Counted from the stretch's first letter, positions 28,725-38,479 are shown. The stretch: 64,000 nt of DNA from an uncultured Microthrixaceae bacterium (GCA_964420125.1 CAYQQQ010000019.1:1-64000), one strand, 5' to 3'. Program-made: numbers and translations. The notes: generated from the sequence alone by a model not told the origin.

Positions 28725-31406
28725 CTACCGCCGTTGCGGGCGAGGGCGGAAGGGGTTGCCCAGGAGCAGCAGGCTGCCGAGCAGGACGGCGCAGCCACCG
28801 ATCAGCAGCAGCACCGAGGTGCTGCCACCCGTGAACGCGAGGCCGCTGTCCGCAGAGGGGGCTTCGGTCGTCGTGGTGGTCGAGGAGCTCTGCGTGCCGG
28901 CGACCGTCGCAGGGGGTGCGCTGCTCGAGGAGCTCGAGGTCCCTGCCGGATCCGTGGTGGTGGTCGTGGACGTGCTGGAGGGGTTCGTGGCGCTCGGCGC
29001 CGCCACGGTCGTCGTCGTGGTGGACTCGGCCGTCGGGACACTCGTCGCCGGCTCGATGGCGGTCGACGTGGTGGCGGTCGACGTGGTGGTGGTGGTGGTC
29101 GTTGCCTCGGTCGTCGTCGTGGTCGTTGCCTCGGTCGTGGTGGTGGTGGGTTCGGTCGTGGTGGTCGTCGTGGTGGGTTCGGTGGTCGTGGTGGTGGTGG
29201 ACCCTGTCGGGCAGTCGGGTACCGCGCCCACGAGGTCCAGGTGGGCCATCGCCGAGGAGCTGTCGTGTCCGTCGGGGTCGGTGGCTTCCACCACCGCCAG
29301 GTTCACGATGTGCGAGGGGACGGGGCAGTCGAGCTCCACCGCCGTGCGCAGGCAGAGCTGTGGATCGGGTCCGCTGAAGGACACCTCCACCGTGGGCACA
29401 CCGGCGTCCCAGGAGCCGGTCCCGGTGGCGTTGACGGTGGCGACGAAGGTGTAGGCGGCCGTCGGCGACAGCTTCGAGAGGTCGATCTCGTCGCCGGCGG
29501 TGCTCACGTCCTCGAAGCCGGGCACCGGGTCGCCGTCCTGGAGGACGGTGAGGTGGAAGTCGTCGAGCTCGGATGCGTCGACGCCCCGGAGGCGGGCCCG
29601 CTGCCAGGCGAGCACCGGTTCTGAGGCGCAGTAGTACTGCAGCGGAACGGGGACCTCGATGGTGGAGGCCACCCGGAGGCACGGCGTGGATCCCGTCACG
29701 GGATCCAGCGTGAACAGCCAGCCCTGGTCGCCGAGGCCCCAGATGCAGCCCGCATCGTCGCGTTCGAAGCCGTACAGGGAGAGTCCTCCGGAGTGGACCT
29801 GCGGGAAGGAGCTGAGACCACCGGCGCCGAAGTCGGTGCACGGGCCGTCGGTGGCAGGGTCGTAGCAGAGGGCCCAGGAGTTGACCTTGTTGGCGTTCTG
29901 GCCCCGGGGCGAACCGACCGAGACGGGCAGGAGCAGGGTGCCCGTCGCGGTGCGCACCTCCTCAGCGGAGATGTAGACCGGTTGCTCGTAGCTGAACCCG
30001 GGGGAGACCTTCGTGGGAGCTGCAGCGATCATGGCCGCCAGGCCGGGCGGGATCAGCCCAGGAGCCAGCCCACCCGTGCTGTCGAAGCAGTGCACGGACC
30101 GGCTCTTCAGCTGCGGCACCGAGGCTGGTCCGCTGTCGCTGGAGATGATGAACGCCGGGTCCACCACCGCGAGGTTGATGCACGGGCTGCCGGGAGCGTC
30201 GGGGTTCTCCATGAGCGCGGAGACGAAGCGCAGCAGCTCCGACCCGTCGGTCCCCGGTACGGCGGGCACCGTCCACCCGGCACACGGGGTCCCGTCCGCC
30301 TCGACGCAGAAGATCCGGGTGCCGACGGCATCGAAGGGCAGCAGCGTCTCGGTCGAGCCGTAGTCCACGGTGAAGTAGGACCGGGTGCCGGCGGTCTGGG
30401 TGTGGACCCAGGCGGCTCGCCCCTCCGAGACCACTGCGTAGTCCCATGCCGGGAGTCCGACGGAGTTGAGGTCGTGCACGCCGCAGGAGCTCATCGACGC
30501 AAGGTCGAAGCAGAGGGACTGCACCGCGGAGGTTCCCGCCGTCGAGCGCGCCGCCAGCATCAGCAGGTGGTCGCCGACGCGGGAGACGCCCCCGACGGGC
30601 GCCCGGCTGATCTTGGCGGGGCCGGCCCCCGCCCTGACGGTGCCGAGGGAGTACCACCGGGATCCACATGGGGCGTCGCTGGGGAGGTCGAAGCAGAAGA
30701 GGCCCGCCTCGTCGTTGGTGGTGGCCGGCCGGTCGACCGTCGCCGGTATCCACAGGCGCTGCTGCTCGTCCACCAGCGCCCGCAGCGATCCGGGGGTGTA
30801 CAGATCCCCCGCCGCATACACCGAGAGGTCCTTGGGGTAGCCGGGACATCTCGACCCGTCCGACCGCAGGCTGCAGGTGAGATCCGCCTCCCCGATGCCG
30901 CTGTGGTGGTACACGTTGAACACTCGGTCCGCGGTGATGATCGGTATCCACCCATCGCCACCTGTCTGGGCGGTGGTGGCGTTGCGCGACGGCTCGGGCA
31001 GCTCGCTGGCCCCGCCCCGGCCGCCGGGCGGGGTGAGCGGGGAGGTGGCCCGCACGGCGGCGGTGGACGCGCCGCCCGCCCCGTCCCAGGGCCCGTCGGT
31101 GCCGGCGTCGGAGTACTCGACCTCCCAGCCCGGCGGTCCCTCCACGCTCCCGGACACGAGTTGCTGGCCGGCGCCGAGGGTGTCGGTCACCCGGAGGGTG
31201 GCCGGCAGGTCGCCGTCGTTGCCGAGGTCGACCACCCAGGAGACGGAGTCGCCGTCGGCCACCTCGGTCGGGGAGCCTGTGCGGTCGGCTGCGCCCTGCT
31301 TGGACGCGCTGGGCGCCGGCTGCGCGGCGCTGAGGGAGGACAGCGCCACCCCCAGTGCAACGGCCAGCCAGATCGCCCCCGCTCTGTGCCATCGCCCCGG
31401 CACCAT
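28725..31406 (-). CDS. Sortase-anchored cell-surface protein (LAFTG sorting signal, Thr-rich stalk)
   Basis: N-terminal signal peptide; large Cys-paired extracellular region; about 120-aa Thr/Ser-rich linker; C-terminal LAFTGG + hydrophobic segment + RPRPQRR tail (LAxTG class E sortase substrate). Confidence 0.8.
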   Translation of the reverse strand: MVPGRWHRAGAIWLAVALGVALSSLSAAQPAPSASKQGAADRTGSPTEVADGDSVSWVVDLGNDGDLPATLRVTDTLGAGQQLVSGSVEGPPGWEVEYSDAGTDGPWDGAGGASTAAVRATSPLTPPGGRGGASELPEPSRNATTAQTGGDGWIPIITADRVFNVYHHSGIGEADLTCSLRSDGSRCPGYPKDLSVYAAGDLYTPGSLRALVDEQQRLWIPATVDRPATTNDEAGLFCFDLPSDAPCGSRWYSLGTVRAGAGPAKISRAPVGGVSRVGDHLLMLAARSTAGTSAVQSLCFDLASMSSCGVHDLNSVGLPAWDYAVVSEGRAAWVHTQTAGTRSYFTVDYGSTETLLPFDAVGTRIFCVEADGTPCAGWTVPAVPGTDGSELLRFVSALMENPDAPGSPCINLAVVDPAFIISSDSGPASVPQLKSRSVHCFDSTGGLAPGLIPPGLAAMIAAAPTKVSPGFSYEQPVYISAEEVRTATGTLLLPVSVGSPRGQNANKVNSWALCYDPATDGPCTDFGAGGLSSFPQVHSGGLSLYGFERDDAGCIWGLGDQGWLFTLDPVTGSTPCLRVASTIEVPVPLQYYCASEPVLAWQRARLRGVDASELDDFHLTVLQDGDPVPGFEDVSTAGDEIDLSKLSPTAAYTFVATVNATGTGSWDAGVPTVEVSFSGPDPQLCLRTAVELDCPVPSHIVNLAVVEATDPDGHDSSSAMAHLDLVGAVPDCPTGSTTTTTTEPTTTTTTTEPTTTTTEATTTTTTEATTTTTTTSTATTSTAIEPATSVPTAESTTTTTVAAPSATNPSSTSTTTTTDPAGTSSSSSSAPPATVAGTQSSSTTTTTEAPSADSGLAFTGGSTSVLLLIGGCAVLLGSLLLLGNPFRPRPQRR
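29079..29204 (-). repeat. Degenerate tandem codon repeat encoding TTTTTTEP/TTTTTEA units
   Basis: Repeated ggtcgttgcctcggtcgt / ggtggtggtgggttcggt units on the + strand within the surface protein gene. Confidence 0.5.
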
Positions 31407-31464
31407 GGCCGCACAGCTTGCCCGTTGATGAACTCCGGGTCAATCGATGGCATCTCGAGGTGCG

Positions 31465-31869
31465 TCAGGCACCCTCGAGCGACGTCGGCGGAGGGTCGTC
31501 CGCGCCGGCCGCGTGCACGTCGCCGGAGGACGCCTCGGACATCCTCTGATGGACCCAGGCCACGCTGCCGGGATCGCCCTGCGATTCCGACCACCCGGAG
31601 AACGCACCCTCGACGCGGTCCAGGCCGTGGATGACGCCCAGCACCTCGACGGTCACCTCGTCGGCAGGGAGGTCGGGCACGAGCGTGTCGCCCAGGGGGT
31701 CCATGACCAACGGCTCGCCGGCCTCCCGCATCAGGTAGACCTCGCCGGTGTCCTCCACCCAGTTGAGCTCCCAGCGCACTCCACCGGGATCGGTCCAGTC
31801 GCTGCCGAAGGAGTACTCCTTGGATGCTCGGCGGGCCGGGTTGGCGTCGTAGAAGTGCTCGATGTCCAC
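31465..31869 (-). CDS. Hypothetical protein (134 aa, acidic)
   Basis: Protein-like composition, GC3 bias; MDIEHFYDANPARRASKEYSFGSDWTDPGG... Confidence 0.5.
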   Translation of the reverse strand: MDIEHFYDANPARRASKEYSFGSDWTDPGGVRWELNWVEDTGEVYLMREAGEPLVMDPLGDTLVPDLPADEVTVEVLGVIHGLDRVEGAFSGWSESQGDPGSVAWVHQRMSEASSGDVHAAGADDPPPTSLEGA

Positions 31870-31941
31870 CCCGACATCCTGCCATCCCCCGAGGCGCCGC
31901 CGGTGCAGGCGGTCGTCGTGCGCCGTCGGAGGGCCCGACCG

Positions 31942-34350
31942 TCACACGAGCTCGGGTTCCCGCTCCTCGCCGCGCTCGTCGCCCCGGTGCGGATCCAGCT
32001 CCTGGGCCAGGATCTCGTCGACCTCGGCCGTCGTGCCCTCGACGTTGACGTGGGGCAGGATCCGCTCCAGCCACCGGGGCAGCCACCAGTTCCGCGCACC
32101 GAGCAGCTCCATGGTCGCCGGCACGAGCAGGAGCCGCACGATGGTGGCATCGATGAGCACGGCGGCGGCCAGGCCGAAGCCGAAGATCTTCACCGCACGG
32201 TCGGTCTCCAGCATGAAGCTGCCGAACACGAAGACCATGATCGCCGCTGCGGCGCTGATCACCTTGGCGGTGGCGGCAAGACCGTCGGCCACCGACGTGT
32301 TGGCGTCACCGGTTCGCAGCCACTCTTCCCGGATCCGGGAGAGCAGGAAGACCTCGTAGTCCATGGAGAGGCCGAACACGATGGCGAAGAGCATCATCGG
32401 CAGGAAGGGCTCCACCGGAGCAGCGGAGATCCCGAACGCGGGGATCACGCTTCCCCAGCCCCATTGGAACACGGCGACGGTGAGCCCGTAGGCGGCACCG
32501 ATCGACAGCAGGTTCATGATGACCGCCTTCACCGGGACCAAGAGGGACCGGAACACGACCATCAGGAGCAGGAACGACAACCCGAGCACGGCGACGAAGA
32601 ACAACGGGAGCCGTGTGGCCAGGTAGTCCGAGATGTCCACGGTGACGGCGACGAACCCGGTCAACAGGACGTCGAGCCCGGAGTCGTCGGTGGCGGCGGG
32701 AAGCACGTCGTCGCGGAGGTGGTGGACGAGCTCGGTGGTGGCCTCGTCCTGGGGCGAGGTCGTGGGGATCACGCGCCACATCACCGCGGTGGCCTCGGCC
32801 GGTGGGTCGGAGTTGACCAGCTCCAGGGTGTTGGGGATGGCCGGGGTGACCTCGGCCACGCCGGGAGTGGCCGCCAGGGCGTCGCTGACGGGCTGCGCGA
32901 CGGCGGGGTCTGCGCCCTCGGGGAGCGTGGCGATCAGCAGGAGCGGACCGTTGTGGCCGGGGCCGAAGGCGGCGGCCAAGAGGTCGTAGGCTTGGCGGCT
33001 GGTGGAGTCCTCGGGCAGGTTGCCGTCGTCACCGAAGCCGAATCGCAGGCTGAACATGGGGATCGCCAGACCGAGCAGGACGACGGAGCTGATGATCGTC
33101 ACGGTCCACGGACGGGCCTGGACCAGGCGGCTCCAGCGATAGGCGAAGGTCTCGCGCAGCGGCTTGTCCTTCGTCGTGGGAACGGTCTTCGAGAGGGGCG
33201 TGGAGAACTTGAACAGCGCCGAGAAGACCGACACGACCACCACGAGCGCGGCCACGACCAGCGCCACCATGGACACCGCCGGCAGGGCGAGGCCGATGCC
33301 GATCAGCGCCACGGCGACGCCGCCGGCGAGCAGCAGGCCTCTCCAACGCGTGACCTCGATGTGGCGGCCTGCGAAGCCGAGCAGCGCCGGAAGGAGCGTG
33401 AGCGAGGCCACCATGGTGGCGGCCACCGTGACGGCCGAACCCACGGCCAGTCCGTTCACGAAGCCGATCCGCATGATCAGCATGCCGAGCAACGAGATCA
33501 CCACGGTGAGGCCGGCGAAGAGCACGGCTCTCCCCGAGGTGTCGATGGCGATCCCCACGGCCTCCTCGACGGGGTGCCCGGCGCGCAGCTGCTCCCGATA
33601 CCGGGTCACGATGAACAGGGCGTAGTCGATGCCCACACCCAGGCCGATCATGATGCCGAGGGTGCTGGTCGACTCGGGCATCGTCATGAGGTTCGAGGCC
33701 AGGAGGACGATGGTGGTTCCGGCGCCGATCCCACCGAGCGCGACGAGCACGGGCAATCCCATGGCCATGACGGAGCCGAAGGCGAGGATCAGGATGAAGA
33801 TGGCGAAGGCCAGGCCGAGCATCTCGGAGTCCGGCTGCTCGAAGGTGCTGAAGAGCTCACCTCCGTAGTCGATGTCCGTTCCCTCGATCGTGGGGGCGAA
33901 GCCCTTCACCTCGGTGCCGAAGCCCTCCATGGAGTCGCGGTTGGGTTCTCCGGCGAGCTCGATGTCGGCATAGGCGACGTGTCCGGCGTAGCGGCCCCTG
34001 GAGGAGATCTGGGTGGCGCCGGTCGGAGCGAAGGGGGAGCGGACGGTCGAGCCGTCGATGCTGTCGACCTCCGCCAGGAACTCCTCGAGCTCCGCCACCA
34101 GCGCAGCGTTGGAGATGGGCCCATCGGAGCGGAAGACGATCGTGCCCCGGGCACCGGTGCCGACGCCGTCGAAGTTGGCATCGAAGATGTCCCCGCCCCT
34201 CGTGCTCTCGAGCTCGGGGAGATCGAAGGAGCTGCGGATGTCGCTGCCGGCGGTCTGCGCCGCCACTCCCAGCCCGATCAGCACGGCGAGCCAGATCGCC
34301 ACCACGACCCAACGACGCGTGGCGCACCAGGTTCCCATTCGAGCGAACAT
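31942..34350 (-). CDS. MMPL-family RND transporter
   Basis: Two 6-TM bundles with large extracytoplasmic loops, MMPL topology; GGGAG RBS before ATG 34350. Confidence 0.85.
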   Translation of the reverse strand: MFARMGTWCATRRWVVVAIWLAVLIGLGVAAQTAGSDIRSSFDLPELESTRGGDIFDANFDGVGTGARGTIVFRSDGPISNAALVAELEEFLAEVDSIDGSTVRSPFAPTGATQISSRGRYAGHVAYADIELAGEPNRDSMEGFGTEVKGFAPTIEGTDIDYGGELFSTFEQPDSEMLGLAFAIFILILAFGSVMAMGLPVLVALGGIGAGTTIVLLASNLMTMPESTSTLGIMIGLGVGIDYALFIVTRYREQLRAGHPVEEAVGIAIDTSGRAVLFAGLTVVISLLGMLIMRIGFVNGLAVGSAVTVAATMVASLTLLPALLGFAGRHIEVTRWRGLLLAGGVAVALIGIGLALPAVSMVALVVAALVVVVSVFSALFKFSTPLSKTVPTTKDKPLRETFAYRWSRLVQARPWTVTIISSVVLLGLAIPMFSLRFGFGDDGNLPEDSTSRQAYDLLAAAFGPGHNGPLLLIATLPEGADPAVAQPVSDALAATPGVAEVTPAIPNTLELVNSDPPAEATAVMWRVIPTTSPQDEATTELVHHLRDDVLPAATDDSGLDVLLTGFVAVTVDISDYLATRLPLFFVAVLGLSFLLLMVVFRSLLVPVKAVIMNLLSIGAAYGLTVAVFQWGWGSVIPAFGISAAPVEPFLPMMLFAIVFGLSMDYEVFLLSRIREEWLRTGDANTSVADGLAATAKVISAAAAIMVFVFGSFMLETDRAVKIFGFGLAAAVLIDATIVRLLLVPATMELLGARNWWLPRWLERILPHVNVEGTTAEVDEILAQELDPHRGDERGEEREPELV

Positions 34351-34520
34351 GCAGCTCCCGTCAGCGGACGTCGGCGGGCCGCGGGCAGCTCTCCACCCGC
34401 CGGCGCGCCACCGGTCAGTCTGGTGAACCGCGGCGCATCGTCGCAACGAGAGCGCGCAGTGACATCTGGCTCACCGCCGACGACCGTGCTCCTCCGGCCG
34501 CTCACCAGAGGGTGCGCTGC

Positions 34521-35891
34521 TCACACCGGGTGGGCGATTGGCAGCGAGATCTCGACGCGTAGACCGCCTCCCGGGTTGTCCAGCAGCTCGAGATCACCAC
34601 CGGACGCGGCCACGAGCTCGTCGACGATCGCCAGGCCCAGTCCGCTGCCATGGCTGTCGGACCCGCGCCAGAAGCGCTCGAGGGCGGCGGCCTTGGCGCC
34701 GTCGTCGAGGCCGGGGCCGTGATCGGCCACGGTGAGCACCACGCGGTGCTCGTGGTGGTCAAGCCCGATGTCCACGACGGATCCGCGGGGCGCGACGCGG
34801 ATGGCGTTGTCGAGGAGGTTGTCGAGGATCTGCTCGAGGCCGGAGGGGACGACGAGGGCCCACGTGGGGCCTCCGGGGAGCCGGGCACGCAGCTCGATGC
34901 CGTGCTCCTCGGCCACGGCCGACCAGATGTCGGCGCGGTGGGTGACGACCTCGCTCAGCTCGGTCGGTGCGGCGGCGGGCGGCCCCTCCGCCCGGGCGAG
35001 CCGGAGCAGGTCCTCCACGAGCATGCCCAGACGCTCGCTCTCGGCCGTCGCGGCGTCGAGGTCGACGGGGTCGACGCCCTCCGGCGTCCGCGCGGCCTGC
35101 TCCAGGTTCTCGAGCCGGAGTCGCAGCGCCGTGAGCGGTGTGCGCAGCTGGTGCGAGGCGTCGGCGACGAAGCTGCGCTGCTCTGCCATCATGTGCTCGA
35201 GTCGGGCGGCCATGTCGTTGAGGGTGTGCCAGAGCACGTCGATCTCGACAGGGGCGTCGGGGTCGACGGGGCCGACCCGGAGGTCGCCGGCGGCGAACCG
35301 ACTCGCGGTGGCCTCCATCCGGCGCAGCGGTCGGGTGATCCATCGAGCGATGGTCCAACCGATCCCGGTCACCGCTGCCAGCACGGCGATCGCCACGAGG
35401 ACCAGGCCGGCCCAGAACCGCCGGACTCGCTCGGTCACCTCGTGGCGGTCGAAGGTGACCCGCACCGCGCCCAGCACGCTGGAACCGGAGCCGACAGGTA
35501 CCGCGACGTACAGGAGGTCGGTCTCGAGGGTGTCGCTGCGACGCGTGCCGCTGGAGCGACTGCCCCGGAGCGCTTCGGCGACCTCCGGCCGCGTGGAGAG
35601 GTCCCGGGGCACCGACCCGTCGGTGTCCACCAACGACGTGCCCGCAGCATCGGTCACCACCACCCTGGCGCCGGTGCGCTCCGCGTAGCGTCGAGCTGCC
35701 GCAGGATCCGGCGCGGCGCCCTGCTCCAGGGCATCCTCGTAGACCATCGCCAGCACCGACGCGTCACCGGTGAGGGCGTTCGTGAGCCGCTCGTCCTCGC
35801 GCTGCGCGTAGAAGATCCCGAGGGGCACCTCGAGGACCACCAGCACCAGGGAGGTCAAGGTGAGGAAGCTGAGGAGGATGCGGCGGGTCAC
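34521..35891 (-). CDS. Sensor histidine kinase
   Basis: Two TM helices, HAMP, HisKA H-box ADASHQLRTPLTAL, HATPase N/G boxes; GTGA overlap with response-regulator stop. Confidence 0.8.
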   Translation of the reverse strand: MTRRILLSFLTLTSLVLVVLEVPLGIFYAQREDERLTNALTGDASVLAMVYEDALEQGAAPDPAAARRYAERTGARVVVTDAAGTSLVDTDGSVPRDLSTRPEVAEALRGSRSSGTRRSDTLETDLLYVAVPVGSGSSVLGAVRVTFDRHEVTERVRRFWAGLVLVAIAVLAAVTGIGWTIARWITRPLRRMEATASRFAAGDLRVGPVDPDAPVEIDVLWHTLNDMAARLEHMMAEQRSFVADASHQLRTPLTALRLRLENLEQAARTPEGVDPVDLDAATAESERLGMLVEDLLRLARAEGPPAAAPTELSEVVTHRADIWSAVAEEHGIELRARLPGGPTWALVVPSGLEQILDNLLDNAIRVAPRGSVVDIGLDHHEHRVVLTVADHGPGLDDGAKAAALERFWRGSDSHGSGLGLAIVDELVAASGGDLELLDNPGGGLRVEISLPIAHPV

Positions 35892-36541
35892 GAGGCCAGC
35901 CGGTAGCCGACGCCGCGGACCGTCTCGATCAGCTCCGGGGACAGCTTGCGTCGCAGCGAGGCGATGTGGACGTCCAGGGTCTTGGTGGAGCCCCACCAGT
36001 CGTGGTCCCACACGTCGCGCAGCAGCTCCTCACGGGTGACGACGGCCCCGGGGTCGGTGGCCAGGGCGACCAGCAGGTCGTACTCCTTGGGGGTGAGGGC
36101 CACCTGGCGGTCGTCCAGCTCCACAGTGCGGGTGCGGGTGTCGATGCGCAGGGGAGGGTGCTCGATGACCTCGGCGCGGCCGTGTGCGGGCGTGGAGCTG
36201 CGACGCAGCACCGCCCGCACCCGCGCCACCAGCTCCCTGAAGCCGAACGGCTTGACGATGTAGTCGTCGGCGCCGCTCTCCAGCAGTCGGACCCGATCCG
36301 TCTCGTCGCCGCGGGCGGTCACCACGATGATCGGGACGTCCGCCTCGGATCGCAGCACGCGGCAGACCGAGTGTCCGTCGATGTCGGGCAGTCCGAGATC
36401 CAACAGGACGAGGTCGTAGTCGCTCGCAGCCAGCGCATCGGCACCGGTTGCCACGGCCAGCACCTCGAAGCCCTCCCGGCGCAGGCCGGTCACCAGCGGT
36501 GCGGAGATCGACGGGTCGTCTTCGACGACGAGCAGTCGCAT
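35888..36541 (-). CDS. OmpR-family response regulator
   Basis: MRLLVVEDD receiver domain, DLGLPDIDG, winged-helix C-terminus GVGYRL. Confidence 0.9.
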   Translation of the reverse strand: MRLLVVEDDPSISAPLVTGLRREGFEVLAVATGADALAASDYDLVLLDLGLPDIDGHSVCRVLRSEADVPIIVVTARGDETDRVRLLESGADDYIVKPFGFRELVARVRAVLRRSSTPAHGRAEVIEHPPLRIDTRTRTVELDDRQVALTPKEYDLLVALATDPGAVVTREELLRDVWDHDWWGSTKTLDVHIASLRRKLSPELIETVRGVGYRLAS

Positions 36542-36580
36542 GGAAAGAGGATCCCACGCCGTCGTGACGTCGAGGCAGAT

Positions 36581-36599
36581 CCTTTGCCAAGCCTTTACC
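36581..36599. promoter_or_regulatory. Direct repeat CCTTTGCC-n3-CCTTTACC (11-bp phasing) in the divergent promoter between the RR-HK operon and the ApbE operon
   Basis: Two 8-bp repeats one helical turn apart, the geometry used by OmpR/PhoB-type regulators; 40-58 bp upstream of the RR start codon. Confidence 0.3.
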
Positions 36600-36606
36600 C
36601 CGCTCT

Positions 36607-36635
36607 GGGGTACCCCTCACGCGGGGCCCCGTACC
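36607..36635. promoter_or_regulatory. Perfect palindrome GGGGTACCCC followed by GGGGCCCCGTACC
   Basis: Two GC-rich self-complementary motifs sharing GTACC, in the same divergent intergenic region. Confidence 0.25.
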
Positions 36636-36697
36636 TTCGAGGAGCAGAGCCGGAGAACCTCCCGAGATCCACCACCAACCGGTTCGGAAAGGACGTC

Positions 36698-37270
36698 ATG
36701 ATCTCCAGAACCGCACTCGTGACGGCCGCTGCGGCCACCGCGGTGGTCCTGGCCGGGTCGTTCGCCATGGGGGCCAACCTCGGGGTGTTCGACTCCCCGA
36801 ACGACGCCGCCGCGGTCGGACAGCTCGACCTCGCAGACGCCCAGGCCGCACCCACCGCCACCGGACCCGGCGACGCCGGCTCCGGTGAGATCGCCTCCTG
36901 GAGCACCCAGGACTACGACGTGGACGGCGCCGGCATCGTCTCGCTGCGGTGGCAGGACGGGGCGATCGAGGTCGCCCGTGCCCAGCCGGCCGACGGCTGG
37001 AGCGCAACGGTGCAGCCGTCGGGCAGCGCCGAGGCCGCGACGGTGGACTTCACCGACGCGGACGGCACGGTGCACCGCTTCGGCGCCCAGCTGCACGCCG
37101 ACGGCTCGGTGCAGGCCGCGGTGGTGACGCTCCCACCCGCTGCCGCCGCTGGCGGCGGCTCGTCCGAGGGCGGAGAGCGCGAAGGCGACGAGCACGAAGG
37201 CGACGAGCACGAGTCCAGGGAGCACGAGGCCGAGGAGCACGAGTACGAAGGTGGTGAGGACGATGACTGA
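36698..37270 (+). CDS. Secreted protein with acidic His/Glu-rich C-terminal tail
   Basis: RBS GGAAAGGA, signal peptide MISRTALVTAAAATAVVLAGSFAMGAN; C-terminus EGDEHEGDEHESREHEAEEHEYEGGEDDD encoded by a short tandem repeat. Confidence 0.6.
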   Translation: MISRTALVTAAAATAVVLAGSFAMGANLGVFDSPNDAAAVGQLDLADAQAAPTATGPGDAGSGEIASWSTQDYDVDGAGIVSLRWQDGAIEVARAQPADGWSATVQPSGSAEAATVDFTDADGTVHRFGAQLHADGSVQAAVVTLPPAAAAGGGSSEGGEREGDEHEGDEHESREHEAEEHEYEGGEDDD

Positions 37271-37604
37271 GGCAGCCCGCACTGCCGCCCGGAACCCCGG
37301 TGGTCGCCGAGCCCCGCACCCGGCACAGGGGGCGCGCATCGCCGCGGCGGGCTTCGGCACCGCCGCCACCTTGGTGCTCGTCGGGGCGATGTCGATGGAC
37401 GAGTCGGCCCGGAGCGGCCTCCCGACGCCGGATGCCACCTCGAGTGTGATCATCCTGCCTCCCCGAGGTGCCGCGTCGACCACTGGCGGGAGCACCCCGC
37501 CGGTGGTCCTTCGCAGCGAACCCTCCACGAGGGTGGTCTCCGGCGGTCCCACGGCCGCCCCGCAGCCGCTGCGTGTCGACGCCACCACGTCGGGGAGCCG
37601 TTGA
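37251..37604 (+). CDS. Small hypothetical membrane-anchored protein
   Basis: One predicted TM helix (IAAAGFGTAATLVLVGAM); overlaps previous gene by 20 nt and next gene by 4 nt; moderate GC3 bias. Confidence 0.35.
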   Translation: MVRTMTEAARTAARNPGGRRAPHPAQGARIAAAGFGTAATLVLVGAMSMDESARSGLPTPDATSSVIILPPRGAASTTGGSTPPVVLRSEPSTRVVSGGPTAAPQPLRVDATTSGSR

Positions 37605-38479
37605 TGGACGAGGCGGTGCGCCGGCTCCGTGGCCGGGCGATGGCCAGCTCTGTGGAGGTCGTGGTGGTGGACGGCCCCCACCAGGCCGAGCGGTGGGCCG
37701 CAGCGCGCATCGACCAGCTGGAGCAGCGATGGAGCCGCTTCCTGCCGCACAGCGAGATCACCCGACTCAACGCCGCAGCCGGCGCGACGGTCTCGGTGCA
37801 CCCCGACACGAGTTGCCTCCTCTCGGCGATGTTGCAGGGATGGCACCTCGGCGGAGCCCGGTTCGATCCCCGCGAAGCCGGCGATGGCACCGGGGCACCG
37901 TCGGCCATCCGGCCGCTCGATGACGACCTGACGCTCGACCAGCTCGAGGGGACCGCCTGTCTGGCGCCAGGGGTCACCCTCGATCCGGGAGCGATCGGCA
38001 AGGGCTTGGCAGCAGACCTCGTCGTGCAGGAGCTGCGGCGCATGGGGTGCCGGGGTGCGCTGGTGGGCATCGGCGGCGACCTCAGCGCGTCAGGAGCGCC
38101 ACCGGAGGGGGAGCGCTGGCGCGTCGAGGTGGAACCCGTCCTCGGTGACGTCGACGAGCCGCCGCTCCGGTTGGACATCGAGGGTGGGGGAGTCGCCACC
38201 TCCAGCGTCCTGCACCGCCACGGCGAGCTGGCCGGCCTGCCGCGGCAGGACCACCGTGCTCCCCGCGCAAGGGTGCCGGTCGGGCCCGCGGACCTGCTCA
38301 GCGCGACCGTGGTGGCTCGATCGGGATGGCTGGCGGAGGTGCACGCCACGGCCGCCCTGCTCGCCGGGGAGTCCGGCGCCGTCCGGCACCTGAGAGCTCA
38401 CGGCCTCACCGGTGTGCTCCAGACGTCGGAACAGGTCCGAGTGGTCGAGCTCGACTCCAGCGGGTCACGGTCGTGTTGA
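37601..38479 (+). CDS. apbE: FAD:protein FMN transferase (ApbE family)
   Basis: ApbE core LDPGAIGKGLAADL, GALVGIGGDL; TTG/ATG start 37601/37604. Confidence 0.8.
   Translation: MMDEAVRRLRGRAMASSVEVVVVDGPHQAERWAAARIDQLEQRWSRFLPHSEITRLNAAAGATVSVHPDTSCLLSAMLQGWHLGGARFDPREAGDGTGAPSAIRPLDDDLTLDQLEGTACLAPGVTLDPGAIGKGLAADLVVQELRRMGCRGALVGIGGDLSASGAPPEGERWRVEVEPVLGDVDEPPLRLDIEGGGVATSSVLHRHGELAGLPRQDHRAPRARVPVGPADLLSATVVARSGWLAEVHATAALLAGESGAVRHLRAHGLTGVLQTSEQVRVVELDSSGSRSC

Noticed and set aside
29079-29204. Short tandem repeats as a CRISPR-like array
   Set aside because: The repeats are 9-18 bp codon repeats inside a coding sequence (Thr-rich linker), not 25-40 bp repeats separated by unique spacers. 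No cas genes are present.
28642-29841. N-terminal 400 aa of ORF 27790..29841 (His/Arg/Asp-rich)
   Set aside because: Out-of-frame read-through over the Thr-repeat region of the surface protein gene. The real thioesterase starts at ATG 28641. Similar N-terminal extensions of ORFs 55504..56667, 57493..58926 and 17664..18956 were rejected for the same reason.
31447-34722. 1091-aa plus-strand ORF
   Set aside because: Antisense to the MmpL transporter gene. The composition is dominated by G/D/E/H/R repeats.
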